This document shows positions 60,963 to 64,000 of a stretch of 64,000 bases of DNA, in pieces. Origin of the DNA: an uncultured Chloroflexia bacterium. GTDB taxonomy: Bacteria > Chloroflexota > Limnocylindria > Limnocylindrales > CSP1-4. The stretch's first letter is position 1. Every line of letters starts with the position of its first letter. The notes under the pieces are model-generated. The model saw nothing but the letters and a program-made list of their open reading frames with translations, did not search any database and had not been told where the DNA came from. The DNA is taken from assembly GCA_963752475.1 (NCBI GenBank), contig CAVVYR010000006.1, positions 192,001 to 256,000 on the forward strand, written 5' to 3'. The translations under genes were made by a program, and so were the position numbers.

Positions 60963-62000
60963 TCAGGTATTCGCCGACTTGGCCTCGTCCACGTGATGGG
61001 GTCGCCCGGTCTCGGCCAGGACGACCGCGAAGATGACCAACGCGCCACCGACGATCTGCAGCGGAGCCAGGCTCTCACCGAAGAGGATGACCGCCAGGGC
61101 CACGGTATAGACCGGCTCGACCGTGCTGATGAGCGAGGCTCTGGCTCCACCGACCCGCTTGACGCCCGCGTAGAACGTCTGGATGGCGATGGCCGTGGCC
61201 ACGAGGCCCAGGCCCAGCACGGCGGGCCAGACGCTGGCGGGCACCGCTGCCGGCGAGAGCGAGCCTCCGCTCGCGAGCAGGAGTACGGCGTAGACGGCCG
61301 CGGTCGCCGTGGTCATCAGAGCGGCCGCCGGGGAGGGGTCGGGAGCGTCATGCTCGGTGGACAGCTCAGCGTCGCCCGGCGGGATCTCCAGTCCGTCCAC
61401 GAAGCGTTCGCCGCCGGCCGGTCGCTCGCCCGCGAGTCGGGCCTGGAGGATGATCCAGGAGGCGTAGATGACGGGGTTGGCGAAGGCCAGCGCGAGGCCC
61501 CACAGCGGCGGTAGCTCGCCCTCCGGGATCCCGCCCACGGTCAGCGCGATCCCGGCGATCGATATGCCCAGCGCGATCCACGCACGACGCCCCTCGAGCC
61601 GCCGCAGGAGACGCGTGGCCATGACCGCGACCATCGCGGGGTAGAGGTACGCGATGATCGAGGCCAGCGAGATCGAGACCACCTGCAGTGAGGCGATGAA
61701 GGCGTAGCTGTTGCCGACGTAGAGCGTGCCCAGCAGGAGCAGCACCAGCACGCGACGCCGCGAGAGCGAGAAGAGCGAGCGCCGCCGCGGCGCGGAGAGC
61801 AGCAGGAAGCCCCAGCCGAAGAGCGCCGCCGTGGTGAAGCGCCAGAAGAGCACGGCCAGCGGCTCCATGCCCTCGTCGTAGAGCGGCTGCACGAACAGCG
61901 CGCCGGACCCGAAGGCGGCCGCCGAGACGAGCACCAGGATGACGCCTACGGCCTGTCCGCCGAGGGGCATGCGCTGGCTCGGATCGGGCTGGTCGGTCAC
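60963..62000 (-). CDS. DMT/EamA-family transporter
   Basis: About 10 TM helices, YLYPAMV, ASLISTVEPV, FGESL; start 62000 (GTG) or 61970 (ATG). Confidence 0.87.
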   Translation of the reverse strand: MTDQPDPSQRMPLGGQAVGVILVLVSAAAFGSGALFVQPLYDEGMEPLAVLFWRFTTAALFGWGFLLLSAPRRRSLFSLSRRRVLVLLLLGTLYVGNSYAFIASLQVVSISLASIIAYLYPAMVAVMATRLLRRLEGRRAWIALGISIAGIALTVGGIPEGELPPLWGLALAFANPVIYASWIILQARLAGERPAGGERFVDGLEIPPGDAELSTEHDAPDPSPAAALMTTATAAVYAVLLLASGGSLSPAAVPASVWPAVLGLGLVATAIAIQTFYAGVKRVGGARASLISTVEPVYTVALAVILFGESLAPLQIVGGALVIFAVVLAETGRPHHVDEAKSANT

Positions 62001-62099
62001 TTCGTCGATGCTAGCGGGCCGTCGTCGCGGAGGTCCCGTCGTCGTCGTTGCACGACCGTCAAAGGACAGTCGCTCGCTGCGCGTTACACTCAGGAGAAC

Positions 62100-63965
62100 G
62101 TGACCACAGAGACAGACCAGCCACCCTCCCAGCCGATCCAGGAGCTCGAGCGTGTCACCATCCGTTTCGCGGGTGATTCGGGTGACGGCATGCAGCTCAC
62201 CGGTACGCAGTTCACCCGCACCGCCGCGGTCTACGGCAACGACATCGCGACGCTGCCGGACTTCCCGGCCGAGATCCGCGCCCCTGCCGGCTCCTTGCCC
62301 GGCGTGTCCGGCTTCCAGATCAGTTTCTCGTCCGCTGACATCCACACCCCCGGTGATCAGCCGGACGTGCTCGTGGCCATGAACCCGGCCGCGCTCAAGG
62401 CCAACGTCGGTGACGTCCCCGCGGGCGGTGCCATCGTGGTCAACGAGGATGCCTTCACGGCCCAGAACCTGAAGAAGGCCGCCTACGAGGAGAGCCCGCT
62501 CAAGGACGGTTCGCTCAACGACTACACGGTCTTCGAGATCCCCATCAGCAAGCTCAATGCGCTTGCGCTCGAGGGGTTGGACATGTCCGCCAAGCAGGTG
62601 GACCTGACCAAGAACTTCTTCGCGCTGGGCATCATGTTCTGGCTCTACGAGCGCTCCATGGAGCCCACGATCAACTGGATCGAGAAGAAGTTCGCCGGTC
62701 GGCCGATCATCGCCGAGGCCAACCTGCGGGCGCTCAAGGCCGGCTACGCCTTCGGTGAGACGACCGAGATCTTCCATACCCGTAACCGGGTCAAGCCGGC
62801 CAAGCTGCCGCCGGGCACGTATCGCAACATCACCGGCAACGAGGCTGCCGCGCTCGGGTTCGTGGCTGCCACCAAGCTGGCCAAGCGTGAGCTCTTCTAC
62901 GGCTCGTACCCCATCACCCCGGCCAGCGAGATCCTGCACCAGCTCTCGACCTACAAGCACTTCGGCGTGCGCACGTTCCAGGCCGAGGATGAGATCGCGG
63001 CCATCGGCTCGGCCATCGGGGCCGCCTTCGGTGGCGCGCTCGCGCTGACCGCCTCGTCGGGCCCGGGTATCGCACTCAAGGGTGAGGCCATGGGCCTCGC
63101 GGTCATGGTCGAACTGCCGCTGGTGGTGATCAATGTCCAGCGTGGCGGACCCTCGACCGGCCTGCCCACCAAGAACGAGCAATCGGACCTGCTGCAGGCG
63201 ATGTTCGGCCGCAACGGCGACGCGCCCATGCCCGTGGTAGCACCGGCCACGCCGGCCGAGTGCTTCGACATGGCCATCGAGGCCTCACGGCTGGCGCTCA
63301 AGTACATGACGCCGGTGGCCTACCTTTCGGACGCCTTGCTGGCCACCGGTTCGGAGCCGTGGCGCATCCCTGAGCCCTCTGACCTGCCCGACATCTCGGT
63401 GTCCAACCACACCGACCCCGACACCTTCCAGCCGTACGACCGCGACCCTGACACGCTGGCCCGTCCGTGGGCCGTGCCCGGTTCACCCGGCATGGAGCAC
63501 CGCATCGGCGGCCTCGAGAGCGCCGATGTCCTCGGTACCGTCAGCTACGACCCTGACAACCACCAGCGCATGACCGACCTGCGCGCACGCAAGGTCGCCG
63601 GCATCGCGGACGACATCCCGGACCTCGAGGTCTACGGTCCCGAGTCGGGTGACTTGCTGGTTCTGGGCTGGGGCTCGACGTACGGCTCCCTGCGCACCGC
63701 CGTCGAGCGGCTACAGCGAGCGGGTCATGCCGTAGCCCACGCCCAGTTGCGTCACCTCAACCCGTTCCCGCGCAACACCGGCGACGTGCTCGGCAGCTAC
63801 AAGCGCGTGCTCATCCCGGAGATCAACACCGGACAGCTGCGGCTGCTCATCCGCGGCCGCTATCTCGTCGACGCCGTGGGCCTCAACCGCGTGCGCGGCA
63901 AGCCCTTCCCGGTACCTGAGGTGATGCGGGCGGCCAAGCTGCTGCTCGACGAGGAGGAGGCCTGA
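62100..63965 (+). CDS. 2-oxoacid:ferredoxin oxidoreductase alpha subunit (gamma-alpha fusion, KorA-like)
   Basis: FAGDSGDGMQ, PAEIRAP, GSYPITPAS, QAEDEIAA, SSGPG, QRGGPSTGLPTK. Confidence 0.93.
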   Translation: MTTETDQPPSQPIQELERVTIRFAGDSGDGMQLTGTQFTRTAAVYGNDIATLPDFPAEIRAPAGSLPGVSGFQISFSSADIHTPGDQPDVLVAMNPAALKANVGDVPAGGAIVVNEDAFTAQNLKKAAYEESPLKDGSLNDYTVFEIPISKLNALALEGLDMSAKQVDLTKNFFALGIMFWLYERSMEPTINWIEKKFAGRPIIAEANLRALKAGYAFGETTEIFHTRNRVKPAKLPPGTYRNITGNEAAALGFVAATKLAKRELFYGSYPITPASEILHQLSTYKHFGVRTFQAEDEIAAIGSAIGAAFGGALALTASSGPGIALKGEAMGLAVMVELPLVVINVQRGGPSTGLPTKNEQSDLLQAMFGRNGDAPMPVVAPATPAECFDMAIEASRLALKYMTPVAYLSDALLATGSEPWRIPEPSDLPDISVSNHTDPDTFQPYDRDPDTLARPWAVPGSPGMEHRIGGLESADVLGTVSYDPDNHQRMTDLRARKVAGIADDIPDLEVYGPESGDLLVLGWGSTYGSLRTAVERLQRAGHAVAHAQLRHLNPFPRNTGDVLGSYKRVLIPEINTGQLRLLIRGRYLVDAVGLNRVRGKPFPVPEVMRAAKLLLDEEEA

Positions 63966-64000
63966 TGACCGATGCCACCGGCCCTGCCACGGCGGTGCAG
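63965..64000 (+). CDS. Start of the probable 2-oxoacid:ferredoxin oxidoreductase beta subunit (truncated by window end)
   Basis: ATG overlaps the alpha-subunit stop (TGATG) with a GGAGG RBS; identity inferred from context only. Confidence 0.5.
   Translation, partial: MTDATGPATAVQ

Noticed and set aside
59597-61036. Extended 479-aa aminotransferase C-terminus given in the ORF track
   Set aside because: The conserved C-terminal motifs continue in another frame to TAG 60884; the extension is a frameshift artefact overlapping the EamA gene

Overview
High-GC bacterial window, possibly Chloroflexota (an inference from gene content only). In order it holds: (1) a sugar ABC transporter and sugar-acid catabolic operon (AKR, ALDH, enolase-family enzyme, KdgK-like kinase, Eda-like aldolase, mutarotase-like protein, SDR, URO-D-family protein); (2) a complete hoxEFUYH+W group 3d bidirectional [NiFe]-hydrogenase; (3) a repeat-rich intergenic region with an IS110-family (IS1111-type) element; (4) a GntR-led operon with several URO-D/MtaA-like proteins; (5) metH, metC and a ribokinase-like gene; (6) a GAF histidine kinase / amt / response regulator / argR block; (7) a thrC-like gene, dapB-dapA-dapD-lysA, vapBC, argH-argG, a GGDEF-EAL gene, argCJB, DUF5612, a class III aminotransferase, an EamA transporter and a 2-oxoacid:ferredoxin oxidoreductase. 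Two signals stand out. First, the IS element's guide RNA (bridge/seekRNA) can be read from the sequence: guide segments match its own target and donor ends, the circle junction forms a promoter, and an empty copy of the target lies 300 bp away. Second, two 20-codon leader peptides with identical geometry (M-x-M and K-x-K at codons 8 and 10, antiterminator 14 nt downstream, then a terminator-like hairpin) precede the thrC-like gene and the dap/lysA operon, suggesting ribosome-mediated Met and Lys attenuators. Three genes carry single +1 frameshifts, probably sequencing errors. All calls rest on motif reading; no database search was run.
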